Shown one piece after another: positions 20,161 through 30,641 of a DNA stretch of 64,000 bases. The notes under the pieces were generated by a model. That model ran no database searches. It was not told where the DNA came from and was given only the letters and a program-made list of their open reading frames with translations. Position numbers and translations under genes: made by a program. Position 1 is the stretch's first letter. Each line of letters opens with the position of its first letter. This stretch comes from an uncultured bacterium (GTDB lineage Bacteria > Verrucomicrobiota > Kiritimatiellia > RFP12 > UBA1067): the NCBI GenBank assembly GCA_900547945.1, contig URIT01000001.1:25758-89757 (forward strand). The letters run 5' to 3'.

Positions 20161-20925
20161 ATGGGTAACTTGGACGGTAAGGTCGCCATCGTCACCGGTG
20201 CGGGGCGTGGCATTGGCCAGCAGATCGCGAAGACGCTCGCCGAGGCGGGCGCCAAGGTCGCGGTGGTGGATCTCCAGGCGGATTGGTGCCGGGAGACCGT
20301 CGATCTCGTCGAGGCGGCCGGTTCGACAGCCCTCGCGCTCGGCTGCAACGTGGCGGAGAGCGCCGAGGTCGATGCGTGCGTGAAGCGCGTCATCGAGGCG
20401 TTCGGCACCGTGGACATCCTCGTGAACAACGCGGGCATCACGAAGGACGGCCTTCTCATGCGCATGAGCGATGCGGACTGGGACGCCGTGCTGAACGTCA
20501 ACCTGAAGGGCACGTTCCTCTTCACGCGCGCCGTCGCGCGCCCGATGATGAAGAACAAGGACGCCGACGGCACGCAGCTCGGCGGCGTGATCATCAACCT
20601 CGCCTCCGTCGTCGGCATCATGGGCAACGCCGGCCAGGCGAACTACACGGCCTCGAAGGGCGGCGTGATTGCCCTCACGAAGACGACGGCCAAGGAACTC
20701 GGCTCCCGCAACGTGCGCTGCAACGCCGTCGCGCCCGGCTTCATCCAGTCCAAGATGACGGACGTGCTGCCGGACGACGTGAAGAAGGCGTACATGGACA
20801 CGATTCCGCTGAAGCGCTTCGGCACGGCCGAGGACATCGCCAAGTGCGTCGCGTTCCTCGCCAGTCCCGACGCCGCCTACATCACCGGGCAGATCATTTC
20901 CGTCAACGGCGGCATGATTGGCTGA
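20161..20925 (+). CDS. fabG: 3-oxoacyl-[ACP] reductase
   Basis: TGAGRGIGQ Rossmann motif, [27 protein letters not shown] (YxxxK). RBS GGAG 7 nt upstream of the ATG at 20161. Confidence 0.85.
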   Translation: MGNLDGKVAIVTGAGRGIGQQIAKTLAEAGAKVAVVDLQADWCRETVDLVEAAGSTALALGCNVAESAEVDACVKRVIEAFGTVDILVNNAGITKDGLLMRMSDADWDAVLNVNLKGTFLFTRAVARPMMKNKDADGTQLGGVIINLASVVGIMGNAGQANYTASKGGVIALTKTTAKELGSRNVRCNAVAPGFIQSKMTDVLPDDVKKAYMDTIPLKRFGTAEDIAKCVAFLASPDAAYITGQIISVNGGMIG

Positions 20926-21040
20926 TTTCGCAGTTCTTTTGCAGATATGGGAAAATTCGGGCGAGCGGGCATTTGCCCCCTTGCATGAATCACTCAGTTT
21001 TAGTACACTAACTGTTGTTCCAACCATAAGGAGAAAACAA

Positions 21041-21307
21041 ATGGCAGGTAAGCTTGAAGATCGCGTGAAAGAGATTATCGTTGACCAGCTCGGCGTCAAT
21101 GCGGAGCAGGTCAATCTGGAGGCGTCGTTCATCGACGATCTGGGCGCGGACTCGCTCGACTCCGTCGAGCTCATCATGGCTTTTGAGGAAGAATTTGGCG
21201 CGGCGATTCCCGAGGAGGATGCCGAGAAGCTCACGCACGTGGGCAAGGTCATCGAATACCTCAAGAGCAAGGGTTACGGCGACGACGGTTCGGCGCCGGC
21301 CAAGTAA
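21041..21307 (+). CDS. acpP: acyl carrier protein
   Basis: 88 aa. [20 protein letters not shown] (DSL phosphopantetheine site). RBS AAGGAG. Confidence 0.9.
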   Translation: MAGKLEDRVKEIIVDQLGVNAEQVNLEASFIDDLGADSLDSVELIMAFEEEFGAAIPEEDAEKLTHVGKVIEYLKSKGYGDDGSAPAK

Positions 21308-21332
21308 GGAAACGGACCATCCGTTCAGGAAG

Positions 21333-21370
21333 AGAAGGGACAGGCCCGCGGCTTGCCCCTTCTCTTTGTT
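21333..21370 (+). terminator. rho-independent terminator after acpP
   Basis: GC hairpin gaaggg...cccttc followed by tctttgttt. Confidence 0.4.
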
Positions 21371-21374
21371 TAGG

Positions 21375-22373
21375 ATGAAGAACGAACGCCCGAGCGAGGA
21401 ACTGAACAGGCGGAACGCGGCTTTCGACAACAGGCTGCGTCCGGAGCAGTTCGCCGATTTCGTCGGCCAGCGGAAGATCCGCGACCGGCTGGAGCTTGCG
21501 GTCGAGGCCGCGAAGGACCGGGGGGAGACGCTGGACCACGTGCTGTTCTCGGGTCCGCCCGGTCTCGGCAAGACGACGCTCTCGTACATCCTCGGCGACG
21601 CGATGGGCGTCCACGTGAAGACGACGAGCGGGCCCGTCCTCACGAAGCCGGCGGACCTCGCCGGACTCCTGACCTCCCTGGAGGCGGGCGACATCGTCTT
21701 CATCGACGAGATCCACCGCATGGCGAAGACGGTGGAGGAATATCTCTACTCCGCGATGGAGGACTTCGCGATCGACATCCTCATCGACCAGGGGCCGAAC
21801 GCCCGCAGCGTGCGTCTGGAACTGCCGCGCTTCACCCTCGTGGGCGCGACGACGCGCATCGGCCTCATCGCCGCGCCGCTCCGCGCCCGCTTCGGCCTCG
21901 TCAACCGCCTCAGCTACTACGAGCCGGCGGAGCTTGCGGCCATCGTGACGCGCTCGGCGGAAAAGCTGAACGTCGGCATCGATCCCGACGGGGCGCTGGA
22001 GATCGCGGCCCGTTCGCGCGGGACGCCGCGCATCGCCAACAATCTGCTCCGCCGCGTGCGGGACTACGCGCAGGTGCGGGCGGGCAACCACATCACGAAG
22101 CAGGTTGCCGTGGAATCCCTGTCCCTCCTGGAGATCGACCCGCAGGGGCTCGACGAAATGGACGTCAGGATCCTCGAAACCATCTGCGTGAAGTTCGGGG
22201 GCGGTCCCGTCGGCCTCTCCACCATCGCCGTGAGCGTGGGCGAGGAGCCGGACACGATCGAGGAGGCCTACGAGCCGTTCCTGATCATGGAAGGGTACCT
22301 CGACCGGACGCCCAAGGGGCGTGTCGCGACGGATCTTGCCTGGCGGAAACTCGGCCTCGGAAAAGAACCATGA
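21375..22373 (+). CDS. ruvB: Holliday junction branch migration DNA helicase RuvB
   Basis: [28 protein letters not shown] (Walker A), IVFIDEIHR (Walker B), sensor and arginine-finger regions. 332 aa. Confidence 0.9.
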   Translation: MKNERPSEELNRRNAAFDNRLRPEQFADFVGQRKIRDRLELAVEAAKDRGETLDHVLFSGPPGLGKTTLSYILGDAMGVHVKTTSGPVLTKPADLAGLLTSLEAGDIVFIDEIHRMAKTVEEYLYSAMEDFAIDILIDQGPNARSVRLELPRFTLVGATTRIGLIAAPLRARFGLVNRLSYYEPAELAAIVTRSAEKLNVGIDPDGALEIAARSRGTPRIANNLLRRVRDYAQVRAGNHITKQVAVESLSLLEIDPQGLDEMDVRILETICVKFGGGPVGLSTIAVSVGEEPDTIEEAYEPFLIMEGYLDRTPKGRVATDLAWRKLGLGKEP

Positions 22374-24349
22374 AGAAGACGCTTCACCGGCTCACCGCAT
22401 GGACGGTGGGCGTTTTATTTTTCCTCGCGGCGTACGGCGGCGAACCGGCGGCGGCAACCGACCTCGTCCTCTCCAACGCCTCCCTGCGTGTGGCCTTCGA
22501 CCGGCGGACGGCGGCGTTCACGGTGACGGATGTGCGGAACGGACGCCTCTGGCGGCAGCTGCCGCAGGAGGGGGCGAAGGTCGCGGACGTGACCGCCGTG
22601 CGGACATCCGAAACCGCCCTCTCGTTTGCGTTCCGTGCGCCGGGGGCCGTCGATGCCCTGCAGGGGCGCCTGCTGCTGGAAGGGGCGGAGGTCGCCGTGA
22701 CGCTGGAGGCCCCCGCCGGACGGCGCCTCGTCCGTCCGCTGGCCTACCCCTTCCCCTTCGCGGCGCGGCGCGGCGCGCGCGTCCTGCTGCCGAACGGCTG
22801 CGGATACGCCTTCCCGGTCGAACAGGCGGATCTCGGCACGACGGCGTTCGACAGCATGTCGCTCTGGTCGCGGGAGATGAAGATCAGCGCGTGGGGGCAG
22901 TACGCCGAGACGGCGACCCCGGACGGCGAACTTGTCGCCGTCGGCGGGGTTCTCGCCCTCGTCGAAACGCCCGCGAACGCGAAGGTCGCGTTCCCCGTGC
23001 GCGCGAACGGCCTCCGCCAGGCGGGCATCGTCTGGCAGGGTGAGGACGGGGCGTTCGCCTACGCGCGCACGATCCGCTATGCGTTCTTTGCGCAGGGCGG
23101 TCCGATGGAGATGGCCCGGCGCTGCCGGGAGGAGATGAAGCGGCGGGGGCTGCTCGTCCCGTTCGCCGAGAAGCGCGCGCGCCATCCGAAGCTCGCGCCG
23201 GCCTACGACCTCCTCGCCGGGGCGCCGATCGTCTGGTACTGGGAGATCGCGGGGGACAAGCCCGCCGTGGCGCGCCGCCTCCGGGAGCTGGGATTCGCGA
23301 ACTTCGTCTTCAGCGGCATCACGCGGCGCGACCTCGGAGCGTGGATCACGCCGGAGGAGGTGCGGGCGATCGCGCAGGTCCCCGGCGTCCTGCAGACGGA
23401 ATACGACATCTACACGGATCTCATGGAGCCGGCGCTGCTCGACCGGATCGACTGCGTGCGGCCCCACTGGCCCGTCGACGCCTGGGACCGCGACGACATC
23501 GTGCGCGCCGCCGACGGCACGCCGCAGCGCGGTTGGAAGGTCGCCCTCAAGGACGATCCCGCGAAGCCGGTCGTCGGCTGCGCCCGCCTCTGCGAGGCCC
23601 GCGCCCCCGCCTACATGCGCGCGCGCATCGCGAAGCGCCTTGCCGAGGCGCCCCAGTACGGCGCGCGGTTCTTTGACGTGACGGGCACCGGCGTGGGCGA
23701 CTGCCACAACCCGAAGCACCCGCTCACGCGCCGGACGAGCGTGCTGGCGCGACGGCGGATGTTCGCGCTCGCTGCAGACGAATTCAACCTCCTCTGCGGC
23801 ACCGAGGACGGCCTCGAATGCTACGTGCCCGAATGCGACTACTTCGAGGGCAACTTCTCGGCCGCGCCCTACCGCGTGGACGGCGGGCGGTATATGTGGA
23901 AGATCTACGACGAGACGCCCCCCGTCATCGCGCGCGCGCTCGACCCGGCGATGCGCGTACCGTTTTGGGAGATGGTCTTCCACGACTGCGTCGTCTCCAC
24001 CTGGTACTGGACCGACTACAACAACAAGTTCACGCGGGATTGGTGGCGGCACGACCTCCTGAACGCCGTCACGGGCACGCCCCCGATGTACCTCTTCACA
24101 AAGCCCGTCTTCGAGGCCATCCAGACCCAACTGGCGACGTCGGTGCGGGTGACGACGCCCGTCGCGCGCGCGACCTTCGGCGTGCCGATGACGGACTACC
24201 GCTGGCTCACGCCGGACCGCCTTGTGCAGCAGAGCGCGTTCGCGAACGGCGTGCGCGTGACGGTGAACTTCGGCGAAAGGCCGTTTACGATGCGGGACGG
24301 CTTCACGCTCGCCGCGCGCGGCCACCGTTTTGAGGGAATAAGGGAATAG
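22370..24349 (+). CDS. secreted hypothetical protein, possible glycoside hydrolase
   Basis: Signal peptide. 659 aa. No motif confidently recognised. Overlaps ruvB stop by 4 nt. Confidence 0.35.
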   Translation: MKKTLHRLTAWTVGVLFFLAAYGGEPAAATDLVLSNASLRVAFDRRTAAFTVTDVRNGRLWRQLPQEGAKVADVTAVRTSETALSFAFRAPGAVDALQGRLLLEGAEVAVTLEAPAGRRLVRPLAYPFPFAARRGARVLLPNGCGYAFPVEQADLGTTAFDSMSLWSREMKISAWGQYAETATPDGELVAVGGVLALVETPANAKVAFPVRANGLRQAGIVWQGEDGAFAYARTIRYAFFAQGGPMEMARRCREEMKRRGLLVPFAEKRARHPKLAPAYDLLAGAPIVWYWEIAGDKPAVARRLRELGFANFVFSGITRRDLGAWITPEEVRAIAQVPGVLQTEYDIYTDLMEPALLDRIDCVRPHWPVDAWDRDDIVRAADGTPQRGWKVALKDDPAKPVVGCARLCEARAPAYMRARIAKRLAEAPQYGARFFDVTGTGVGDCHNPKHPLTRRTSVLARRRMFALAADEFNLLCGTEDGLECYVPECDYFEGNFSAAPYRVDGGRYMWKIYDETPPVIARALDPAMRVPFWEMVFHDCVVSTWYWTDYNNKFTRDWWRHDLLNAVTGTPPMYLFTKPVFEAIQTQLATSVRVTTPVARATFGVPMTDYRWLTPDRLVQQSAFANGVRVTVNFGERPFTMRDGFTLAARGHRFEGIRE

Positions 24350-24361
24350 AGGAGCAACTTC

Positions 24362-26917
24362 ATGAAGCGACTGGGACTGTGCGCCGTGGTGGCGATCGGC
24401 ATGTTGGCGGGCGCGGCGGATCTTCCGCAGGGCGTCTCGTTCGCGGAGGACGGCGCGTTCCGCATGGGGCAGACGCAGGTCGGCGTGCGCATCGTGCCGT
24501 CCGAGGGCTGGCGCGCGCAGTACCGCAACGGCGCGTTCAGGATCCTGCGCAGGGAGGCGACCGCCGCGCGCCGGACGCTGCTGGCGGAACTGCCGCAGGC
24601 CGGCGGCCTCGCGGAGCAGGAGATCGCCGCGCAGCCGGACGGTTCGGCCGCCTTTTCGTTCACGGCGTCGTTCACGAACCGCCCCGCCTTCCTCGCGGCC
24701 TTTATTGAAATCCGGATGTCGACGCAGCTGAAGGGCATCGAGGTGGACGGACGCCCCGTCGCGTTCCCGGCGGAGGCGGGCGGGGCCGGGCTCGGATCCT
24801 TCCCGCGCGTCGGCTCCTTCTCCGTGATGGCCCTCGACGGCACGAAGACGACGTTCACGGGTTCGTTTCCGCTCACGCTGCAGGATAGCCGCGTCTTCGG
24901 CGAAACCTGGTTCGAGGCACGCATCCCGCTCCAGCGGCGGGAGGGTGCGGACGGTGGCGTGTCGCTCACGCGCGCGTTCTCCTTCTCCTGCGTGAAGGCG
25001 GCGGCGAACGGCCTTTCGTTCTTCCAGTGGGGGAAGGGCCTCCCCGTCTACACGAACACCGTCTTCCACGAGGGCCCCGAATGGGTGAAGGTCGACTTCG
25101 CCCGCACGACGACGCCTGGTTCACCGCTCGACTTCTCCTTCCTGCAGGACGCCCCGGCGGGCAAGCACGGCTTCCTCACGCGCGGCGCCGACGGGCGCGC
25201 CGCCTTCACGGGGAAGCCCGGCATGCGTCCCCGCTTCTACGGCGGGAACTTCGCCTGGGACGCCTCGCTCCTCGACAAGGACGTCAGCGCGCGCGTGGCG
25301 GCCGAGATGCCGCGCCTCGGCTACAACCTCGTGCGCGCGCACCAGCACGACACGAAGTTCCTCCCGAAGGGCGCCGCCGACTCCGCCGCGCTCGACCCCG
25401 CCGCGCTCGACCGCTGGGACTGGTTCGTCTACTGCATGAAGTCGAACGGCGTCTACTTCACGACGGACTGCTATTCGAGCCGTGCGTTCCTCCCGACGGA
25501 CGCGGGGCTTGCGTCCTACGCGGGCCCGCTGCGCGCGATGAAGGAGGCGCTCTTCGAGACGCCCGCCGCGCTCGCGAACTGGAAGCTCTTCACACGTCGC
25601 CTCCTTACGCACGTCAATCCCTACACGGGCCTCGCCCTCGTGGACGACCCCGCGCTCGTCTGCCTGAACCTCGTGAACGAGGAGAACGTGCCCGACGCGA
25701 AGCGGCAGATGGAAATCCACCGCGAGCAGCTGCGCTTCCTGCGCGAGGATCTGAAGGTGAAGTGCCTTCTCACCTCGCTCAACTACGAATCCCAGCCGGA
25801 CCTCGTCGTGCGCCGTTCCCTCTTCGACGTCGCCGACCTCCACATGTACTTCTCGCACCCCAACTCCGACGGGAAGAGGAACTGGTACAGCGGCGTCTTC
25901 GCGTCGCAGTTGACGGGCCGTTGGCCGGGGGGCATCTGGGGGAAGCAGTTCCCGAGCCGCATCTGGGGGATGCCCGTCCTCACGACCGAGTTCCGCCACT
26001 GCTGGCCGAACGTCTTCCGCTGCGAGGCGGGCCCGATGATCGGCGCCTACGGGGCGTTCCAGGACTGGGACGCGCTCGTGGGCTACGGTTACGCGGAGGG
26101 GGCGGCGAGCCTGGGCGCGCGGAACTTCAACGCGAACCCCTTCGACACGTGCAACGATCCGTTCGCGCTCTTCGGCGAGAAGATTTCCATCCTCATGTTC
26201 CGGCGCGGGGACGTACGGCCCGCGCGGCACAAGGTGTGCGTGACCGTGCCGCGCACGCTCGTCGACCTGCCGCCGGTGAAGCGCCCGCATGCGTTCCCGG
26301 ATCCGGTCTGCTCGCTCGGACTCCTGACGGGCGTGGGGAGCGCGGTCGAACGCGCGCCGGAGGGGATGGACCAGGTGCTTCCGCTCGCCGGGGCGGCCGC
26401 GCCGAAGGGGCTTGCGGGCGACCTCCTGAAGACGGCGGCAAACGGCGTGTGGCGCGGCGACACGGGCGAGACCGTGCTGGATACGCGCGCGCAGACGCTT
26501 CTCGTCTCGACGCCGCGCACGGAAAGCTGCACGCTCGCGGAAGGCGCGCTCGCCGGGGCGTTCCTGCGCGTCTCGGATATCCGCCATCCCACGACCGTGA
26601 GCGCACACGCGCTCGACGGGAAGCCGCTTGCGGAAAGCCGCTCCGTCCTCGTCTTCCACCTGACAGACAGCGCGAACGACGGCGAGTCGTTCACGGATCT
26701 CACGATGCGCCATCCCGTCGCGCGCGGGAAGGGTCCGATGCTCGTGCGGCGCGACACGGCGCGCGTGGCGTTTCCGGCGGGCTTCACGGTGACGGCCCTC
26801 CGCTGCGACGGCAGTGCGGCGGGTATGCTCGCCCCCGACGCGGACGGCGCGTTCACCCTGCGCACGGACGCCTACCCCGGCGCCGTCCTCGCGTACCACC
26901 TCACGCGCGCGGAGTGA
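24362..26917 (+). CDS. secreted putative glycoside hydrolase (TIM-barrel GH5/clan GH-A-like), paralog 1
   Basis: Signal peptide MKRLGLCAVVAIGMLAGAA. RFYGGNFAWD...LGYNLVRAHQHD. Paralogous to 30642..33320 (QDAPAGKHG..., NPYTG...). Confidence 0.45.
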   Translation: MKRLGLCAVVAIGMLAGAADLPQGVSFAEDGAFRMGQTQVGVRIVPSEGWRAQYRNGAFRILRREATAARRTLLAELPQAGGLAEQEIAAQPDGSAAFSFTASFTNRPAFLAAFIEIRMSTQLKGIEVDGRPVAFPAEAGGAGLGSFPRVGSFSVMALDGTKTTFTGSFPLTLQDSRVFGETWFEARIPLQRREGADGGVSLTRAFSFSCVKAAANGLSFFQWGKGLPVYTNTVFHEGPEWVKVDFARTTTPGSPLDFSFLQDAPAGKHGFLTRGADGRAAFTGKPGMRPRFYGGNFAWDASLLDKDVSARVAAEMPRLGYNLVRAHQHDTKFLPKGAADSAALDPAALDRWDWFVYCMKSNGVYFTTDCYSSRAFLPTDAGLASYAGPLRAMKEALFETPAALANWKLFTRRLLTHVNPYTGLALVDDPALVCLNLVNEENVPDAKRQMEIHREQLRFLREDLKVKCLLTSLNYESQPDLVVRRSLFDVADLHMYFSHPNSDGKRNWYSGVFASQLTGRWPGGIWGKQFPSRIWGMPVLTTEFRHCWPNVFRCEAGPMIGAYGAFQDWDALVGYGYAEGAASLGARNFNANPFDTCNDPFALFGEKISILMFRRGDVRPARHKVCVTVPRTLVDLPPVKRPHAFPDPVCSLGLLTGVGSAVERAPEGMDQVLPLAGAAAPKGLAGDLLKTAANGVWRGDTGETVLDTRAQTLLVSTPRTESCTLAEGALAGAFLRVSDIRHPTTVSAHALDGKPLAESRSVLVFHLTDSANDGESFTDLTMRHPVARGKGPMLVRRDTARVAFPAGFTVTALRCDGSAAGMLAPDADGAFTLRTDAYPGAVLAYHLTRAE

Positions 26918-26970
26918 GCCGTCGCCGCCCCTCGCGGCCTACGGCCTCGCGCCCTCCGTCAGCCCACCAC

Positions 26971-27137
26971 GGGAGGGACGCGCTTGTCGCGTCCGCGCCC
27001 TCCGGCCGGTCAACACGGAGCGCGCGGAGACACGAGGGGGCGCGGACGCGACAAGCGCGTCCCTCCCGTGGTGGCGCGGACGCAATGAATTACGTCCCTC
27101 CCGTGGTGGGCGCGGACGCGACAAGCGCGTCCCTCCC
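26971..27137. repeat. cluster of four REP/BIME-like palindromic elements between convergent genes
   Basis: Copies at 26971..27000 (inverted), 27042..27067, 27075..27101 (variant) and 27112..27137. Core GCGGACGCGACAAGCGCGTCCCTCCC with a 7-bp stem GGACGCG/CGCGTCC. Confidence 0.75.
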
Positions 27138-27147
27138 GTGCGTGTCC

Positions 27148-28554
27148 TTACTTCTTTGGCCAGAAGACGTCGGTGTACTTGGAGGGGATGCCCACCTCGT
27201 CCTTGTTGAAGCAGGCGGCGAGGATCTGCCAGCCGAGGTCGAGGGCGTCGATGAGCTCGATGTTCACCGAGAGGTCCATCATCTTCTCCTCGAAGAGCGC
27301 GCCGTACTTCAGGAGCTTCCGGTCCCAGTCGCTCATCTTGAAGCCCATGGACTGCTTTTCGACCGTCTCCTTGTAGGAGGCGTAGAGCTTGATCATGGCG
27401 TCCATGATCGTGCGGTGGTCGTAGCGGGTGGTGTTGCTGCGGCGGAGGAGGTCCTTGTCGGTGATCTCGGCCCCGGCCTGGTCGAGCACCTTGTCCATGA
27501 GGTAGGAGCGCTGGTCGGGGCAGGAAGGGTCGACGCCCTTGTTGACCTGCTGCTTGAGGCGCGAGAGCGAGCCGAAGGGCTCGATGCGGCCGTTGCGGAG
27601 GTAGAACTGGCCCTCGGTGATGTAGCCCGTGTTGTCCGGGACGGGGTGGGTGACGTCGTCGCCCGGCATGGTGGTGACGGCGAGGATCGTGATGGAGCCG
27701 GCGCCGTCGAAGTCCACGGCCTTCTCGTAGCGGGCGGCAAGCTGCGAGTAGAGGTCGCCGGGGTAGCCGCGGTTCGAGGGGATCTGCTCCATCGTGATGG
27801 CGATTTCCTTCATCGCGTCCGCGAAGGAGGTCATGTCGGTGAGGAGGCAAAGGACGTCCTTGCCTTCGAGGGCGAACTTCTCGGCGACGGCGAGGGAGAC
27901 GTCGGGGACGAGCATGCACTCGACGGTGGGGTCGGCGGCGGTGTGGACGAACATGACGGTCTTCGAGAGCGCGCCGTTCTGGTCGAGGGTCGAACGGAAC
28001 TTGAGGAATTCGTCGTACTTGAGGCCCATGCCGCCGATGACGATCACGTCGGAGTTCGCCTGGAGGGCGATGCGCGCGAGCAGTTCGTTGTAGGGCTCGC
28101 CGGCACGGGCGAAGATCGGGAGCTTCTGCGAGACGACGAGCGAGTTGAAGAGGTCGATCATCGGGATGTTCGTGCGGACCATGCGGCTCGGCATGATGCG
28201 CTTGGCCGGGTTGACGGAGGGCTGGCCGATCGGAATCTGGTTCTCGGTGATTGCGGGGCCGCCGTCGCGGGGCTCGCCCGTGCCGGTGAAGGCGCGGCCG
28301 AGGAGGGCGTCGGAGAAGGGCACCTTCATCGTCTCGCCGAGGAAGCGCACGGAGGCGTCGGTGTCGACGCCGCGCGCGCCGGCGAAGATCTGGAGCGTGA
28401 CGTTCGGTCCGTCGAGCTTGATGACCTGCGCGAGCGACGTGCCGGCGCGGGAGTGGACCTCCGCGATTTCGCTGTACTTCACGCCCTCGGCGCGAAGCGT
28501 CGCGATGGAGCCGGAAAGCGCGTCGATGCGATGGTAGACCTTTGAGTTGAACAT
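27148..28554 (-). CDS. ntpB: V-type (A/V) ATP synthase subunit B, solitary copy
   Basis: [15 protein letters not shown]..., [26 protein letters not shown] matches V/A-ATPase B (no P-loop). 469 aa. AAGGAG RBS. No other ntp genes adjacent. Confidence 0.75.
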   Translation of the reverse strand: MFNSKVYHRIDALSGSIATLRAEGVKYSEIAEVHSRAGTSLAQVIKLDGPNVTLQIFAGARGVDTDASVRFLGETMKVPFSDALLGRAFTGTGEPRDGGPAITENQIPIGQPSVNPAKRIMPSRMVRTNIPMIDLFNSLVVSQKLPIFARAGEPYNELLARIALQANSDVIVIGGMGLKYDEFLKFRSTLDQNGALSKTVMFVHTAADPTVECMLVPDVSLAVAEKFALEGKDVLCLLTDMTSFADAMKEIAITMEQIPSNRGYPGDLYSQLAARYEKAVDFDGAGSITILAVTTMPGDDVTHPVPDNTGYITEGQFYLRNGRIEPFGSLSRLKQQVNKGVDPSCPDQRSYLMDKVLDQAGAEITDKDLLRRSNTTRYDHRTIMDAMIKLYASYKETVEKQSMGFKMSDWDRKLLKYGALFEEKMMDLSVNIELIDALDLGWQILAACFNKDEVGIPSKYTDVFWPKK

Positions 28555-28582
28555 GCTGGTACTCCTTGCAAAAAACGGGAGG

Positions 28583-28654
28583 TATTGTAGCACAATTGCC
28601 GACGGGAGGAAATTGGAAGTTGTCGCTGGCATGTCTGCGACGCTCTGGTATAAT
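28583..28654. promoter_or_regulatory. divergent promoter region: TGcTACAAT (minus strand, ntpB) and TGgTATAAT (plus strand, etfB; leaderless)
   Basis: Extended -10 elements read on both strands. etfB ATG at 28665 is 10 nt after its -10 element. Confidence 0.35.
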
Positions 28655-28664
28655 ATGTGCCACC

Positions 28665-29531
28665 ATGAAAGCCACAACAGTTGGCCGCGAGGGCGGCTAT
28701 CGATGTGTCGTCTGCATCAAGCAGGTCCCCGACACGAAGCAGATTTCCGGCGCGGCGATGAAGGCCGACGGAACCGTCAACCGGGCCGCGCTGCCCGCCA
28801 TCTTCAATCCCGAGGACCGCAATGCCCTTGAGGCGGCGCTGCGCGTGCGCGAGGCGTGCGGCGGCACCGTCGCCGTCGTCACGATGGGCCTCCCCGCCGC
28901 CTGCGCGATCCTGCGGACGGCCCTGATGTGCGGCGCCGACGAGGCGTATCTGCTGACGGACCGCCGGGCCGCCGGGTCGGACACCCTGGCGACGAGCTAC
29001 CTCCTCTCCCAGGCCGTGCGCACGCTCAAGCCCGACCTCGTCTTCTGCGGCCGCCAGGCGATCGACGGCGACACCGCGCAGGTCGGCCCCCAGATCGCCG
29101 AAAAGCTCGGCTTCCCCGCCCTGACCTACCTGACCGGCATCCGGATGGACGGCGACTACGCGATCGCCACGCGCGACATCGGCACGGGCGTCGAGACCGA
29201 CCACGTGAAGCTGCCGGCCCTCTTCACGGTGACGGACGCATTCGGCGAGCTGCGTCCGCCGAACGTCCGGCGCGTGATGAAGTACAAGAAGGCCAAGGCG
29301 CCCGTCGAAAACGGCGGCGTCGCGCTGGAGGGCGACCTCGCCATCGGCCAGCTCACCTGCGACGACATCGGCGCGGAGACATGCCGCTGCGGCTTCGCGG
29401 GCTCCCCCACGAACGTCAGCCGGATCGTCTCGGTCGTCCTCGCGGGCGGCGACTACAAGGAGGTGGCGCCCGACGAGGCCGGCATCGGGGGGCTCGTCGC
29501 GGAACTTGTCGCCGACCATACGATTGGCTAA
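28665..29531 (+). CDS. etfB: electron transfer flavoprotein beta subunit
   Basis: [61 protein letters not shown]. Confidence 0.85.
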   Translation: MKATTVGREGGYRCVVCIKQVPDTKQISGAAMKADGTVNRAALPAIFNPEDRNALEAALRVREACGGTVAVVTMGLPAACAILRTALMCGADEAYLLTDRRAAGSDTLATSYLLSQAVRTLKPDLVFCGRQAIDGDTAQVGPQIAEKLGFPALTYLTGIRMDGDYAIATRDIGTGVETDHVKLPALFTVTDAFGELRPPNVRRVMKYKKAKAPVENGGVALEGDLAIGQLTCDDIGAETCRCGFAGSPTNVSRIVSVVLAGGDYKEVAPDEAGIGGLVAELVADHTIG

Positions 29532-29542
29532 GGAGAGAAGAG

Positions 29543-30565
29543 ATGGCTTGTGATCGAAGCAAGGGCAAGGTGTGGGTCTTCGCCGAACAGGAAGACGGAA
29601 AGCTGAGTGACGTGCCGCGCGAACTCCTCGGGAAGGGACGCGAACTCGCGGATCGGCTGGGCGTGCCGCTTGCGGCCGTCTTGATGGGCGCGGACGTTGC
29701 GCCCCTCTGCGACGAGCTTTTCGCGGCGGGGGCGGACCGGGTGCATCTCGTCGAGGATGCCGCGCTCCGTGTCTTCCGCGGTGCGGCCTACCGTCCGGCG
29801 TTCGTGGCGCTCGTCAAGGAATGCGCGCCGCAGATCGTGATCTTCGGCGCCACCCACATGGGGCGCGACCTCGCGCCCGCCGTCGCGTCGGCGCTGCGGT
29901 GCGGTCTCACGGCGGACTGCACGGACCTTCGGATCGGCGACTACACGGACTGCAAGACGAAGGAGACCTTCACCAACGTCCTCCAGCAGATCCGCCCGGC
30001 GTTCGGCGGCAACATCATCGCGACGATCGTCAATCCACGCAACTGGCCGCAGATGGCGACGGTGCGCGAGGGCGTGATGAAGCCGCTGGCGCCGCAGCCG
30101 GGGCGCACGGGCGAGATCGTGCGGCACGCCGCGCACCTGGACGGCGTCGAGATCCCCGTGGAGGTGCTGGAGATCGTCCGCCGTCACGCCACCGTCAACC
30201 TCAAGGGCGCGCGCATCATCGTCGCCGGCGGCGCGGGCGTGGGCTCGAAGGAGAACTTCCAGCAGCTCTACGCGCTTGCGGACGCCCTCGGCGGCGCCGT
30301 GGGCGCGAGCCGCGCGGCCGTGGACCTCGGGTACTGCGAGCACGAGCGCCAGATCGGCCAGACGGGCGTGACGGTGCGCCCGGCGCTCTTCATCAGCTGC
30401 GGCATCTCGGGCGCGGTCCAGCACCTCGCGGGCATGCAGGACGCGGCGAAGATCATCGCGATCAACACCGACCGGAACGCGCCGATCTTCAAGGTCGCGC
30501 ACTACGGCATCGTCGGCGATCTCAACGTCGTCGTCCCCCGGCTCATCAAGGCGGTGCGCGGCTGA
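29543..30565 (+). CDS. etfA: electron transfer flavoprotein alpha subunit
   Basis: KVWVFAEQEDGKL, FGGNIIATIV, IVAGGAGVGSKENF, FISCGISGAVQHLAGM. RBS AAGGAG. Confidence 0.85.
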   Translation: MACDRSKGKVWVFAEQEDGKLSDVPRELLGKGRELADRLGVPLAAVLMGADVAPLCDELFAAGADRVHLVEDAALRVFRGAAYRPAFVALVKECAPQIVIFGATHMGRDLAPAVASALRCGLTADCTDLRIGDYTDCKTKETFTNVLQQIRPAFGGNIIATIVNPRNWPQMATVREGVMKPLAPQPGRTGEIVRHAAHLDGVEIPVEVLEIVRRHATVNLKGARIIVAGGAGVGSKENFQQLYALADALGGAVGASRAAVDLGYCEHERQIGQTGVTVRPALFISCGISGAVQHLAGMQDAAKIIAINTDRNAPIFKVAHYGIVGDLNVVVPRLIKAVRG

Positions 30566-30594
30566 GCGCGGCCTCGGCCGCCAACCTGCCACTG

Positions 30595-30628
30595 CAACCT
30601 TCAACCTTCAATCCTTCAACCTTCAATC
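30595..30628. repeat. heptamer tandem repeat (CAACCTT x about 5)
   Basis: caaccttcaaccttcaatccttcaaccttcaatcg, read directly. Immediately upstream of the 30642 gene. Confidence 0.7.
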
Positions 30629-30641
30629 GAGGCTTTCGGCA

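Noticed and set aside
26971-27137. Possible CRISPR array (regularly repeated about 26-nt units)
   Set aside because: Units occur in both orientations with irregular spacing (42, 7 and 10 nt gaps) and are dispersed singly across the window. This is REP/BIME behaviour, not repeat-spacer architecture. No cas genes.
26939-28675. 578-aa minus-strand ORF overlapping ntpB in another frame
   Set aside because: Low-complexity Arg/Pro-rich. The ntpB frame (27148..28554) has strong homology.
28856-30565. 569-aa ORF in the track that extends etfA far upstream
   Set aside because: The N-terminal 229 aa are out-of-gene Arg-rich read-through overlapping etfB. The real etfA starts at 29543 with an AAGGAG RBS.
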